A stretch of DNA of 64,000 nt from an uncultured delta proteobacterium. Its GTDB lineage: Bacteria > Desulfobacterota > WTBG01 > CAIYCZ01. The stretch spans positions 159,882 through 223,881 of the forward strand of contig CAWDOY010000014.1 of the NCBI GenBank assembly GCA_963803975.1, written 5' to 3'. Every line of letters begins with the position of its first letter. Position 1 is the first letter of the stretch. Below, piece by piece: positions 54,013-63,936 of the stretch. The notes under the pieces are model-generated. The model ran no database searches. It was not told where the DNA came from and was given only the letters and a program-made list of their open reading frames with translations. The position numbers were made by a program, and so were the translations under genes.

Positions 54013-56951
54013 ATGGCAGACTTAAGTCGGCGGGATTTCCTCAAAGTAGTTGGCTTTGCTGGCTCAACTGCCGCCCTGGGATGCTCTTCTCAATCCGCAC
54101 AGCAACTGATCCCCTACATTTTTCCTCCCGAAGATATCATTCCGGGCGAGGCCACCTGGTATGCCACCACCTGCCGCGAATGTCCCGCCGGTTGCGGACT
54201 GCTGGCCAAAAACCGCGAAGGGCGGGTCATCAAGCTGGAGGGCAACCCGCTGCATCCAGTCAATCAGGGCCGGCTGTGTGCCCGCGGCCAGGCAGCGCTC
54301 CAGGGCCTCTATGATCCTGACCGCGTTAAGGAGCCGCTGCTGAAAAATGCGCAGGGCCGCTTTGAAACCATATCCTGGCAGCAGGCAGAGGCGCTGCTGG
54401 TGCAGAAAATTCAGCAGCACAAACTATCCGGAAACGGCAGGAGCGCTCTTTTTTTAAGCGGCCTGGAAACAGGAACGCTTAAAGACCTGATTCAGCTCTG
54501 GCTGGGAGAATGCGGTGCCTCCCGTTATGTACCCTATGAGGCGTTTGCCCACGAGCCGCTGCGCGCAGCCAGCCAGACGGTATTTGGCGTCAACGGCATT
54601 CCGGCTTTTCGGATAGACCGGGCAGATTTTCTCCTTTCCTTTGGCGCTGACTTTCTGGAAACCTGGCTCTCACCGGTTGAATACTCCCGCCAGTTTGCAG
54701 CATTCCACGCACCGCAGGATATTGGCTAAAAACCTTTTCATCTATGTGGGACCGCGTCTTTCCCTGACCGCAGCTAATGCCGACCACTGGCTCTGTGTGC
54801 CGCCGGGAACTGAATATCTGGTGGCTCTGGGTATGCTGCGGATCATCCTTGATGAGAACCTCTGTAAAACGCTGCAGCCGGAACATAAAAGAGTACTCGC
54901 TGCTGCAGTGCAAGATGTATCTATCGAATCCGTCCTGGAAAAGACCGGCATCAATCAGGAGACCCTGCGAACCCTGGCAAAAAAATTCTGCGCTGCGCAA
55001 CGACCCCTGGCGCTTGCGGGAAGTTTGATCGGCAACCCCACCGAGGCTGCCGTTGCCGCAAACCTCCTCTGTTCTCTCATTCCCGGGACCCACGAAACCA
55101 TTGATCTCGCGCAGCTCTCCGCCATTTCTGAAACAGCGCCTGCTGCACACATGAAAGAACTGTCCGAGCAGATGCAGCGAAAAGAAGTTGCACTGCTCTT
55201 TATTAATAAGGCAAATCCGGTTTTCACCCTGCCGCCGGCATGGGAATTCCCGGCCAGTATGGCAGCAGTTCCCTTTGTGGTCAGTTTTTCAAGCGCACGG
55301 GATGAAACCAGTGAACGCGCTGATCTCATCCTGCCCACCAATACACCCCTGGAATCCTGGGGAGACTACTCACCGCGCACCAGCGTTATTGGGTTCATGC
55401 AGCCGGTCATGGGCACGGTGTTTAACACCCGGCACCTGGGCGACATACTTCTGTCAACAGGCCGGAAACTTTTCGGTACTGAAAAGTTTCCCTGGAATAA
55501 TTTTTATGCATTGCTGCGGGAGACAGCGAAAAGGGGCGCAGCTGCTGGAGCTGCTCAGAACTCCTGGAATGCGGCAATGGAAAAAGGCGGGGTATGGGAA
55601 TCCCGTGATGTCACGCCCAGCACTGCTTCCATTAAAATACTCCGGATTCTCGTTTCCCGTCCCGAAAGCCTTTGCCAGTCTACCAGACAGCTTTGAGTTT
55701 ATTACCTACCCCACCATTCAGTTTTTTGACGGCAGGGGAGCCAACCGCCCGTGGCTCCAGGAACTGCCGGACCCGATCACCCAGATAACCTGGGGAGGAT
55801 GGGTTGAGATTCACCCGGATACTGCGCAAAAGCTGAATATTGAAAAGGGTGATATGCTGGTTATCAAATCTTCCGCGGGAATCACTGAAGCGCCTGCCTA
55901 TCTATTTCGCGGCATCCCTCCCAATACGCTTGCCATGCCCATCGGCCAGGGACACACCGCCTGCGGAAGATTTGCCAATACTGGTACCGGCAACCCGCTG
56001 CAGCTGCTCTCACCAAAACCTGATGTTGCATCCGGCGGGCTCATCTGGGGGATGTCAGGAATTACCATACACAAACAGGGTAAAAAACTTGAGATTGCCA
56101 ATACCGATGGAAGCCTCTCCCAGCACGGACGCGGGCTTGCCCGGTCCACCTCCTGGGAGAACGTAACCAGGGAACGTGCAACAGGCAGCAAACCGCATCT
56201 GCGCCTGCCCTTGCCGGAAGGATATGATCCAGCGATTGATTTTTATGCTCCGCATAAACACAGTGACTACCGGTGGTGCATGGCGGTTGACCTGGACCGC
56301 TGCATTGGCTGCGGTGCCTGTACCGTAGCCTGCAGCGCGGAAAATAATGTAGCCATAGTGGGAAAAGAGCAGGTGTTAAAAGGGCGGGTGATGTCATGGC
56401 TTCGTATTGAGAGATATTTCGAGGATACAGCGCCGGCAGTCCGGTTTCTGCCCATGCTCTGCCAGCACTGCGATAGTGCCCCCTGCGAATCGGTATGCCC
56501 GGTGTTTGCGCCCCATCACAGCGCAGAGGGGATAAACAATCAGATTTACAATCGCTGCATCGGCACGCGCTACTGCTCGCAGAACTGCCCGTATAAAGTG
56601 CGGCGCTTCAACTGGTTCACCTTTACCCGGCCCGAGCCTTTGAACTGGCAGCTCAACCCGGACGTCACCGTGCGGCAAAAAGGTGTGATGGAAAAATGTT
56701 CATTTTGCATACAGCGAATCAAGCAGGCAAAACTTGAGGCTGCCGACAAGGGCCGGAAGGTCAAAGACGGAGAGGTAATACCTGCCTGTGTGCAGACCTG
56801 TCCCACTGATGCGCTCATCTTTGGCAGCCTCCTTGATCCTGAGAGCAGGATATCAAAATTAATAAAAGATCCAAGGGCCTATCAGGTACTTGAAGATTTA
56901 AACACCAAGCCGGCGGTTATTTATTTAAAGAAGATAACGCAGAAAATATAG
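54013..56951 (+). CDS. actB: Alternative complex III subunit B (Tat-exported molybdopterin-fold + Fe-S fusion); frameshifts near 54723 and 55625
   Basis: SRRDFLK Tat motif, CRECPAGC...GNPLHP...LCARG, NRPWLQELPDP, CIGCGACTVAC, CQHCDSAPCESVC, RCIGTRYCSQNCP and MEKCSFC...PACVQTC. Confidence 0.9.
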
Positions 56952-56998
56952 CTTTCAGCTCATGCCTCAAAAAGGCTGATTGCTGATGGCCGACAGCT
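56950..56998. repeat. Heptamer-periodic repeat between actB and actC
   Basis: AGCTTTCAGC...GCTGATTGCTGATGGCCGACAGCT; the reverse complement resembles 4007-4037. Confidence 0.55.
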
Positions 56999-57013
56999 TC
57001 TCCAGCTTTTGCT

Positions 57014-58340
57014 ATGCAAAACTTAAACTATCGCGACATCAATCAGGAAGTAATACGCACGCTGTCCCCGCCAGGAAAAATCTACTGGTTTTTCGTGGCG
57101 CTCTGCTTTTCGGGCATTCTGTATGGCGCAGCCTGCTGGGCCTACCAGATACTGACCGGAATGGGCAGTTGCGGGAATCAACATTCCGGTGGTGTGGGGT
57201 ATTTACCTGGTTAACTTTGTCTTCTGGGTTGGCATTGCCCACTCAGGAACGCTTATCTCGGCAATCCTCTTTCTGTTCAGGGCTCCCTGGCGGACCGCGA
57301 TTGCCAGAAGCGCAGAAGCCATGACCGTGTTTGCAGTTATGATCGCCGGCCTGTTTCCCTTTATCCATCTGGGGCGGGTCTGGATTTTCTACTGGATTCT
57401 GCCCTACCCCAACCAGCGTGACCTGTGGCCGAACTTTCAGTCCCCGCTGCTGTTTGACATGGTCGCCATCACCACCTATCTCACCGTGAGTTTTCTGTTC
57501 TGGTACACCGGCATGATTCCTGATTTGGCAGCGCTGCGCGATCACTCAACCGGGAAACAGCGAAAAATTTACGGGTTCTTTTCTCTGGGCTGGCTGGGCA
57601 GCCATCACCAGTGGCGGCACTATGGCACCAGCTATCTGTTGCTGGCCGCGCTGGCAACCCCGCTGGTCGTGTCCGTGCACAGCGTGGTTTCCTGGGACTT
57701 TGCCCTGGCCATTGTCCCCGGATGGCACAGCACCATTTTTGCTCCGTACTTTGTAGCCGGGGCAATCCATTCAGGGCTCGCCATGGTGCTCACGCTGTTA
57801 ATCCCTCTGCGGCGCATTTATAAGTTTGAGAATTTTATCAGCCTTGATATCCTTGAAAATATTGCCAAAACCATGATTTTTACGGCCCTCATTATCGGCT
57901 ATTCATACAGTGTTGAATATTTCATGGCCTGGTACAGCGGCAACATGATAGAGCGCGATACCTTTCTCTGGCGCGCTATCGGCCACTATGCCCCCCAGTT
58001 CTGGATCATGGTCATGCTCAATGCCGTGGTACCGCTGCTGTTCTTTTATAAAAAAATCCGGACCAGCATTGGCTGGCTGTTTGGCATTGCTATTCTGGTA
58101 AATATCGGGATGTGGTACGAGCGCTTTGTGATTATTGTGGGCTCAATGGCGCACTCATATATCCCCCATGAATGGAGGCTGTACCGCCCGACCTGGGTGG
58201 AGCTCGGCATCATGCTCGGTTCCTTCAGCATCTTTTTTTTCCTGTTCCTCTTGTTTGCGAAATTTCTCCCGTCCATCTCCATCACGGAAATTAAAGAAAG
58301 CCTGCAGCCGCCCGTGCGGGACAGAGGTTCTAAAACGTAA
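57014..58340 (+). CDS. actC: ACIII quinol-binding membrane subunit (NrfD/PsrC family); frameshift near 57167
   Basis: NFVFWVGIAHSGTLISA, RSAEAMT, HLGRVW, PNFQSPL, SVHSVVSWDFA, WHSTIFAPYFVAGAI and GMWYERF. Confidence 0.93.
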
Positions 58341-58865
58341 ATGAGGCTGAACGCAATGGCACGACAGCACACGGTAATGGCCATCTTTTCCTATCCGGAT
58401 GATCTGACGAGGGCGCTTAAAAGCCTTAAGCAGGTGAAGATACCAATAGACACGGTTTTCTCGCCCATCCCGCAGCAGGAGCTGCTTGACATCCTTGGCT
58501 TGCAGCCGAGTCCGGTGCGTTATTTCACCCTGTTCGGTGCGCTCCTGGGCATGGTGAGCGGCTTTGCCCTGTCAATCTATGCAGGCCTGCAATGGAGCTT
58601 TATCACCAGCGGCAAGCCGGTTATAGCCTGGATACCCTTTTTCGTTGAAGGCTTTGAGCTTGCGATACTGGCCGGCGTTCTCTCTACCCTGCTGGGAATG
58701 CTTATTAACAGCCGCCTGCCCCGGGTGCGGCTGCCTGCTCACTATGACCCGCGGTTTACTGAAGACAAATTCGGCATTCTGGTGCAGTGCACTGCTGCGG
58801 AGCAGACGACTGCCGCAGCTCTTTTCAAAGAAGCCGGGGCAGAGGAGATTCATGCAGCTGCCTGA
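58341..58865 (+). CDS. actD: ACIII subunit D (DUF3341-like)
   Basis: FSPIP, two TMs, SGKP...F...FELAIL and DPRFTEDKF. The start may be 58356. Confidence 0.88.
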   Translation: MRLNAMARQHTVMAIFSYPDDLTRALKSLKQVKIPIDTVFSPIPQQELLDILGLQPSPVRYFTLFGALLGMVSGFALSIYAGLQWSFITSGKPVIAWIPFFVEGFELAILAGVLSTLLGMLINSRLPRVRLPAHYDPRFTEDKFGILVQCTAAEQTTAAALFKEAGAEEIHAAA

Positions 58866-60096
58866 CAAAAACGCTCATGCGATTCTGTATCTGCGCTTTT
58901 CAGGCAGCGGGCGTATGCTCCCGGCCCTGTGCGTCATATTAATGGCAGCCGGCGGTGCTGCCTTTTTGTCCGGCATTGCCGGCCCCTATCCGCAGGCAGC
59001 CTGGCAGGCATATATGGTCAATTTCTTATTCTGGACAGGACTTGCCTTTGGCGCCATCCTGTTTGTGGCAATTATGAACATGACCCATGCCCAATGGTCA
59101 CGCCCCATAAAGCGCCTTGCCGAGGCTCCGGCTGCTTTTCTGCCGGTCCTGTTTCTGTTGTTTGTGCTTATGTACGGCGGCCGGGATGCGCTATTTCCCT
59201 GGCTGCACGAGCCGGCAGAGGGGAAAACGTTCTGGCTGAATGTTGGTTTTCTGTTTGTCCGCAATGCTGTTGGGCTGCTGCTTTTAATGACGGTGTCCCT
59301 GGCGCTTCTCTATCAATCGGTCAGGGGCGATAGTGAGGCTGCTGCAGGCGCGCATGTCCGGGCCCCGGTGCTGCAAAAAAGATGGAGACGACAGATCGCG
59401 CTCTCTCCTGCGCTGGGCATTCTCTATGCTTTTGTGCTCAGTCTTCTGGCCTTTGATTTGATCATGTCACTTGACCCTCACTGGTACAGCACCCTGTTTG
59501 GTGCCTACTATTTCATCGGCAGCTTTTACACCGCGCTGGCAGCCCTGGTCATTCTCACCGCAGCAATACGCAGCACCCCCGGCATGGAGCACTACCTCTC
59601 TGACCGCTTGCTGCATGACCTGGGAAAGCTTTTGTTCGGCTTTTGCTGCATGACCGGCTATCTCTTCTATGTGCAGTTCCTGGTAATCTGGTATGGAAAC
59701 CTTCCGGAAGAGACCCGCTATATCATCCTGCGCATTCGCACCAGCCCCTGGGAGCCGCTGGCCTGGGCAGTGCTGGTGCTTATTTTTATTATTCCGTTTG
59801 TGACGCTTCTCAGCAGAAAAATTAAGTCCCGGCCGGGGATCATGGCCCTCCTGGGTTCACTCATCCTGATCGGGATGTGGCTCGAGCGGTATTTGCTCAT
59901 CGCACCCTCTCTCATGAAAGGCCGTATCAGCAGCCCGGGGATGACCGAGGTGCTCATCAGCGCCGGATTTCTCGGAGCCATGGCATTAACCGTCATTTTG
60001 TTTCTGAGAACGTTTCCACTACTGCCCGTGTCAGACCCGCTGTTCTGTGAGACGTTTACAGCATCTCCGGCTGAGGCTGAAGGGACGGGCCCATAA
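58852..60096 (+). CDS. actF: ACIII subunit F
   Basis: WSRPIKRLAE, DLIMSLDPHWYSTLFG, HDLGKLLF and QFLVIWYGNLPEE. GAGGAG RBS before ATG 58852. Confidence 0.9.
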   Translation: MQLPDKNAHAILYLRFSGSGRMLPALCVILMAAGGAAFLSGIAGPYPQAAWQAYMVNFLFWTGLAFGAILFVAIMNMTHAQWSRPIKRLAEAPAAFLPVLFLLFVLMYGGRDALFPWLHEPAEGKTFWLNVGFLFVRNAVGLLLLMTVSLALLYQSVRGDSEAAAGAHVRAPVLQKRWRRQIALSPALGILYAFVLSLLAFDLIMSLDPHWYSTLFGAYYFIGSFYTALAALVILTAAIRSTPGMEHYLSDRLLHDLGKLLFGFCCMTGYLFYVQFLVIWYGNLPEETRYIILRIRTSPWEPLAWAVLVLIFIIPFVTLLSRKIKSRPGIMALLGSLILIGMWLERYLLIAPSLMKGRISSPGMTEVLISAGFLGAMALTVILFLRTFPLLPVSDPLFCETFTASPAEAEGTGP

Positions 60097-60135
60097 TATG
60101 GATTTGCTCCAGCGGCGTATGAGCACCTGCACACC

Positions 60136-60672
60136 ATGACAGCACCCATCGAAGAACAGCCGACCAGACCCTGGGCAGGGATGCTGTGGCTCATCGTCAC
60201 AGCGCTCGTACTGATAGCTATGCTCTATCTGTACTACCAGTACCCGCAGCTCAATATCGGGCCGCAGCAGCCCATCTATTTCAGTCACCGGGTCCATGCA
60301 GGGGTGAAGGAGATTAATTGCCGCTTCTGTCACCCTTTTGCAGAGTATTCAACACAGCCCGGTATTCCCGAAGTGAGCAAATGCTTTTTCTGCCATAATT
60401 ATATTATCCCGCAACATCCGCAACTGGTTAAGGAGCGCTGGCATCTGGAAACAAAAACACCGGTACCCTGGGTGCGGATTTATTATGTTCCTGATTTTGT
60501 TAAGTTCAATCACGCACCCCATATCAGAAAAAATATAGATTGTGCGGTTTGCCACGGTGATGTAAAAAAACTTGACCGCCTGGTGCCGGTGGCATTCCAG
60601 ATGAAATTTTGCATCACCTGTCACCGGGAACGAAAGGCCCAGCTTGACTGCTGGCTTGCGTGCCATAACTGA
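60136..60672 (+). CDS. actA: Membrane-anchored pentaheme cytochrome c (ActA/QrcA family)
   Basis: N-terminal TM, PQQPIYFSHRVHAG, CRFCH, CFFCH, VPDFVKFNH, CAVCH, M-K-FCITCH and CWLACH. Confidence 0.88.
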   Translation: MTAPIEEQPTRPWAGMLWLIVTALVLIAMLYLYYQYPQLNIGPQQPIYFSHRVHAGVKEINCRFCHPFAEYSTQPGIPEVSKCFFCHNYIIPQHPQLVKERWHLETKTPVPWVRIYYVPDFVKFNHAPHIRKNIDCAVCHGDVKKLDRLVPVAFQMKFCITCHRERKAQLDCWLACHN

Positions 60673-60821
60673 AGGGTTCAAGGGGCCAAGGGGTCCAGGA
60701 GTCAAGTGAATAAAATTATACAATTTACATATCCTGCGGAACCCTTGAATATCCTTGAACCTCTGGAACTTATTAAACTGGATACACTTGAACCCATGAA
60801 CCCTGGAATCCTTGAACCCTT
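60672..60821. repeat. Octamer-periodic imperfect inverted repeat (GGTTCAAG / CTTGAACC)
   Basis: AAGGGTTCAAGGGGCCAAGGGGTCCAGGAGTCAAGTG ... CACTTGAACCCATGAACCCTGGAATCCTTGAACCCTT. A related element lies at about 52841-52910. Confidence 0.7.
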
Positions 60822-62176
60822 TCTAAAAGACGAGCAATTCGGCACCACCAAAGGTTTCTTTTTGAGTTCTGCTGCGTGGATGGTGGCCGGCACCCTGGCC
60901 GGCTTTATCGGCGCCATTGAGCTTGTTGCGCCGGATCTTCTCGGAAATTTACCCTGGATTGTTTTTGGCAGAATCAGGCAGGTGCACACCAATCTGGTCA
61001 TGTTTGCCTTTGTCGGCTCTGCGCTGCTGGGTGCTGCCTATTATCTTGTGCCAACGCTGGTCCGCACGCCTCTTTACAGTGAACGGCTGGGAAAGCTCTC
61101 CCTCTGGCTGTGGAATGGCGCTCTCGTTGCCGGCGTCATTACCCTGTCTCTGGGCTACACGCAAAACCGCGAATACGCGGAATTTATCTGGCCCATAGAT
61201 ATCGGGGTGCTCATTGTTTTTGCGCTCATCTTTTACAACCTCTTTGAGACCCTGAGAAGGCGGCAGGGAAAATCTTCTCTATGTTTCTGTCTGGTATGTA
61301 TTCGGTGCGCTGATCTTCAGCTTTTTCACCTATTTTTTTGGCAATGCAGTGTGGAACCCTGATACCGGCTCCATCACCGGGATACCTGATGCAATCCTGG
61401 CCTGGTTCTACGGCCACAATGTGCTGGGCTTTTTCTTTACGCCGCTGGCTGTTGCTGTTGCCTACTATGTCATTCCCATCGTCAGCAGGGCCCCGTTATA
61501 CAGCCATACCCTGTCGCTGATCGGCTTCTGGTCAATACTGGTAATGTATTCGCACATCGGAACTCATCACCTGCTCCAGGCTCCAGCGCCCACCTGGCTG
61601 AAAGTGGTCGCCATAACCGGAAGCATCGGGATGATAATCCCGGTGATGACGGTGCTCGTCAATCTCTGGCTCACCATGCGCGGCAGGCTGGGAAACGTGC
61701 ACTCAGATATCGGCGGCAAGTTTGTCTTTGCCGGCTCAGTGTGGTATCTTTTGACCTGCCTGCAGGGCCCGCTCCAGTCTCTGCCCTATGTCCAGCGGCT
61801 CACCCATTTTACCAACTGGGTCATAGCCCACTCGCACATGGGGGTGTTCGGTTTTGCCGGATTTACCGCGCTCGGCGGGATCTACTTTATCCTCCCGCGC
61901 ATCACGGGGCGGCCACTCTACAGCAGGCGCCTGGCGGAAGTCCAATACTGGCTGGTGCTGATCGGCTTAACCGGCTTTTTCGTGGTCCTGACCATTGCCG
62001 GACTTATCCAGGGCAATGGCTGGCTGAACGGTGAGACCGTGTACCGCATATTGCCCCAGATATATCTGTATATGGTTCTGCGTGCATCACTGGGGGTGCT
62101 GATTATCGGCGGCGCGCTGATGGGGCTGTATAATATATATATGAGCATCTACTCACGGCACCGGAGCGAACCATGA
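60796..62176 (+). CDS. ccoN: cbb3-type heme-copper oxidase catalytic subunit; frameshift near 61267 (start uncertain: 60706 or 60796)
   Basis: FGRIRQVHTN, REYAE, WFYGHN (CuB), YSHIGTHHL, QGPLQSL and HFTNWVIAHSH (heme ligands). Confidence 0.92.
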
Positions 62177-63120
62177 AAATAACCCCTGCGGTTCTCATTG
62201 CCGGCTGTCTGGTCATTTTTGCCTCGGTCTTTTTTATTTCAGTGTTTCTGCCGGGAGTCACGCAGGGTGACCGGCCGTCTGATATATTCCGCCCGAGAAC
62301 AGAACTTGAGGCTCTGGGGAGAAAAATGTACATTGCAAACGGCTGCTCTTACTGCCACTCCCAGTACATCCGCTCCCTTGACTGGGACCTCGGCGCTGAA
62401 CGCATTGCCCAGTCCGGCGACTATGTGAGCGACAAGCCGCACCAGCTTGGCTCTGCGCGCACCGGCCCGGATCTCTCCCAGGAAGGCGGCGAACATCCCG
62501 ATGACTGGCACGTGGCGCATTTCACCAACCCGCGCTATACGCGGCCTGAATCCCTTATGCCGCCGTTTGAGTTTCTCGGCAGGGATACGATAGGGGCGCT
62601 CATCGCCTACAAGCAGAGCCTCGGGTTTAAAGACGCTGACTTCCGGGTTGAGCGCCAGCGCGCCTGGAAGGAAAAAGCAGTTGCAGCATACACTGCAGGC
62701 CCCGATGCAAATGTTTCCTGGCTGCATGAAAAAGTTCCCGCGCCGTGGCGAGAACTCCCCAACCCGTATCCGACCACCACGGCAGGAATTGCCCGGGGGC
62801 AGAAGATTTACCAGAGCTTCTGCATCGGCTGTCATGGCCCGATCGGCGACGGCATGGGGCCGGCCCAGCCCTATCTGAACCCGCCGCCCCTCAACTTTAC
62901 GCTGCTGAAGGACCGCGGCGTATCAGGCGGAATACTTTACTATCAAATTATGAACGGGGTCACCGGAACGGCCATGCCGTACTTCAAACGTGACCTTGAG
63001 TCGGAAAAGATATGGGATGTGGGAAACTATGTTGCCGTCTATTTTATCGGACAGACCGATGCAGGCAGGGAACCCAAAGGGATTGACGCCTCATACATCG
63101 GGCCGCATAAGGAGCAGTAG
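62173..63120 (+). CDS. ccoO: cbb3 oxidase subunit II fused to a second class I cytochrome c domain
   Basis: GRKMYIANGCSYCHSQYIR, GSARTGPDL, WHVAHF and SLMPPF, then CIGCHG...GTAMPYF. Confidence 0.9.
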   Translation: MKITPAVLIAGCLVIFASVFFISVFLPGVTQGDRPSDIFRPRTELEALGRKMYIANGCSYCHSQYIRSLDWDLGAERIAQSGDYVSDKPHQLGSARTGPDLSQEGGEHPDDWHVAHFTNPRYTRPESLMPPFEFLGRDTIGALIAYKQSLGFKDADFRVERQRAWKEKAVAAYTAGPDANVSWLHEKVPAPWRELPNPYPTTTAGIARGQKIYQSFCIGCHGPIGDGMGPAQPYLNPPPLNFTLLKDRGVSGGILYYQIMNGVTGTAMPYFKRDLESEKIWDVGNYVAVYFIGQTDAGREPKGIDASYIGPHKEQ

Positions 63121-63123
63121 CGC

Positions 63124-63387
63124 GTGTTTTATGCAGCATGGCTGACACTTATAGCAGCGGGTGTGGGTGCAAGCATCGCCGCTCTTTTCTGGGCACTCAA
63201 AACCGGCCAGTTTTCAGACCAGGGACGGGCGCGATACCTGCCGTTGACTGATGAAATAGACGCATCTCCCGCAAAGGATGCCCGGCGGCTGCCATCCGAG
63301 GTTTACGCCTTGAGCATAATTATAATTATAGGCCTGCTTTCCATAGCAAGCACCATAACGCTTACCATATACTGGCTGCAGAGGTAG
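63124..63387 (+). CDS. ccoS: cbb3 oxidase assembly protein CcoS/FixS with extra C-terminal TM
   Basis: TM followed by FWALKTGQFSDQ. Confidence 0.85.
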   Translation: MFYAAWLTLIAAGVGASIAALFWALKTGQFSDQGRARYLPLTDEIDASPAKDARRLPSEVYALSIIIIIGLLSIASTITLTIYWLQR

Positions 63388-63396
63388 TTAAAGAGT

Positions 63397-63657
63397 ATGC
63401 GCTACTTTGTCCTGCTTGATTTTCAATATATTGTCCTTGCGGTGGGCATGGGTATCGCAGCTACCATTCTATTGTATGTCGCCTTCGGCGTGCCGGTTAG
63501 TTCCCGGAAAAGAGAAAAAGAACCTGAGCACTATACCGATGGCCTGCGGATCGAAAAAAACCCGATTCCGCCAATTCTTGTTTTTTTGTATGCCGCAATT
63601 TTAATATGGGCAATGGCGTATATGCTGGTAGCGGGAATAAACGGGGCGCCGTTTTAA
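63397..63657 (+). CDS. Small two-TM protein resembling the CcoP N-terminal anchor
   Basis: YTDGLRIEKNPIPPILVFLY resembles the CcoP-N DG-x4-5-NP-x-P motif. Co-oriented in the operon. Confidence 0.65.
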   Translation: MRYFVLLDFQYIVLAVGMGIAATILLYVAFGVPVSSRKREKEPEHYTDGLRIEKNPIPPILVFLYAAILIWAMAYMLVAGINGAPF

Positions 63658-63660
63658 AGC

Positions 63661-63691
63661 AGCTGTCAGCTAATAGCGTTCAGCATTCAGC
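63661..63691 (+). repeat. Heptamer-periodic intergenic repeat, copy B
   Basis: AGCTGTCAGCTAATAGCGTTCAGCATTCAGC; 27/31 identical to 4007-4037. Confidence 0.7.
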
Positions 63692-63738
63692 AAAAAAATG
63701 AATTAGCTGATGGCCGCATGTTTTGAGAGGCAACAGGG

Positions 63739-63936
63739 ATGAACCAACCAGTCAATATCAGGGAAGATACTGTGCGCGACAGAAGCTGGCTTGTGCCCTG
63801 CGCCATTGCCGTCATTTTCCTCATCTGGGGCCTTATTATCTTTTTCCTGGTCGGCGACAAGGGGCCAGCGGCATGGGATTTCGGTGCCATAGAGGATATT
63901 CCGGGGCAGTCGCCGTATTCGACAGAGCGGCGCTGA
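63739..63936 (+). CDS. Small single-TM hypothetical protein
   Basis: 65 aa, one TM, tail GDKGPAAWDFGAIEDIPGQSPYS; purine-rich RBS-like sequence upstream; follows the cco genes. Confidence 0.65.
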   Translation: MNQPVNIREDTVRDRSWLVPCAIAVIFLIWGLIIFFLVGDKGPAAWDFGAIEDIPGQSPYSTERR

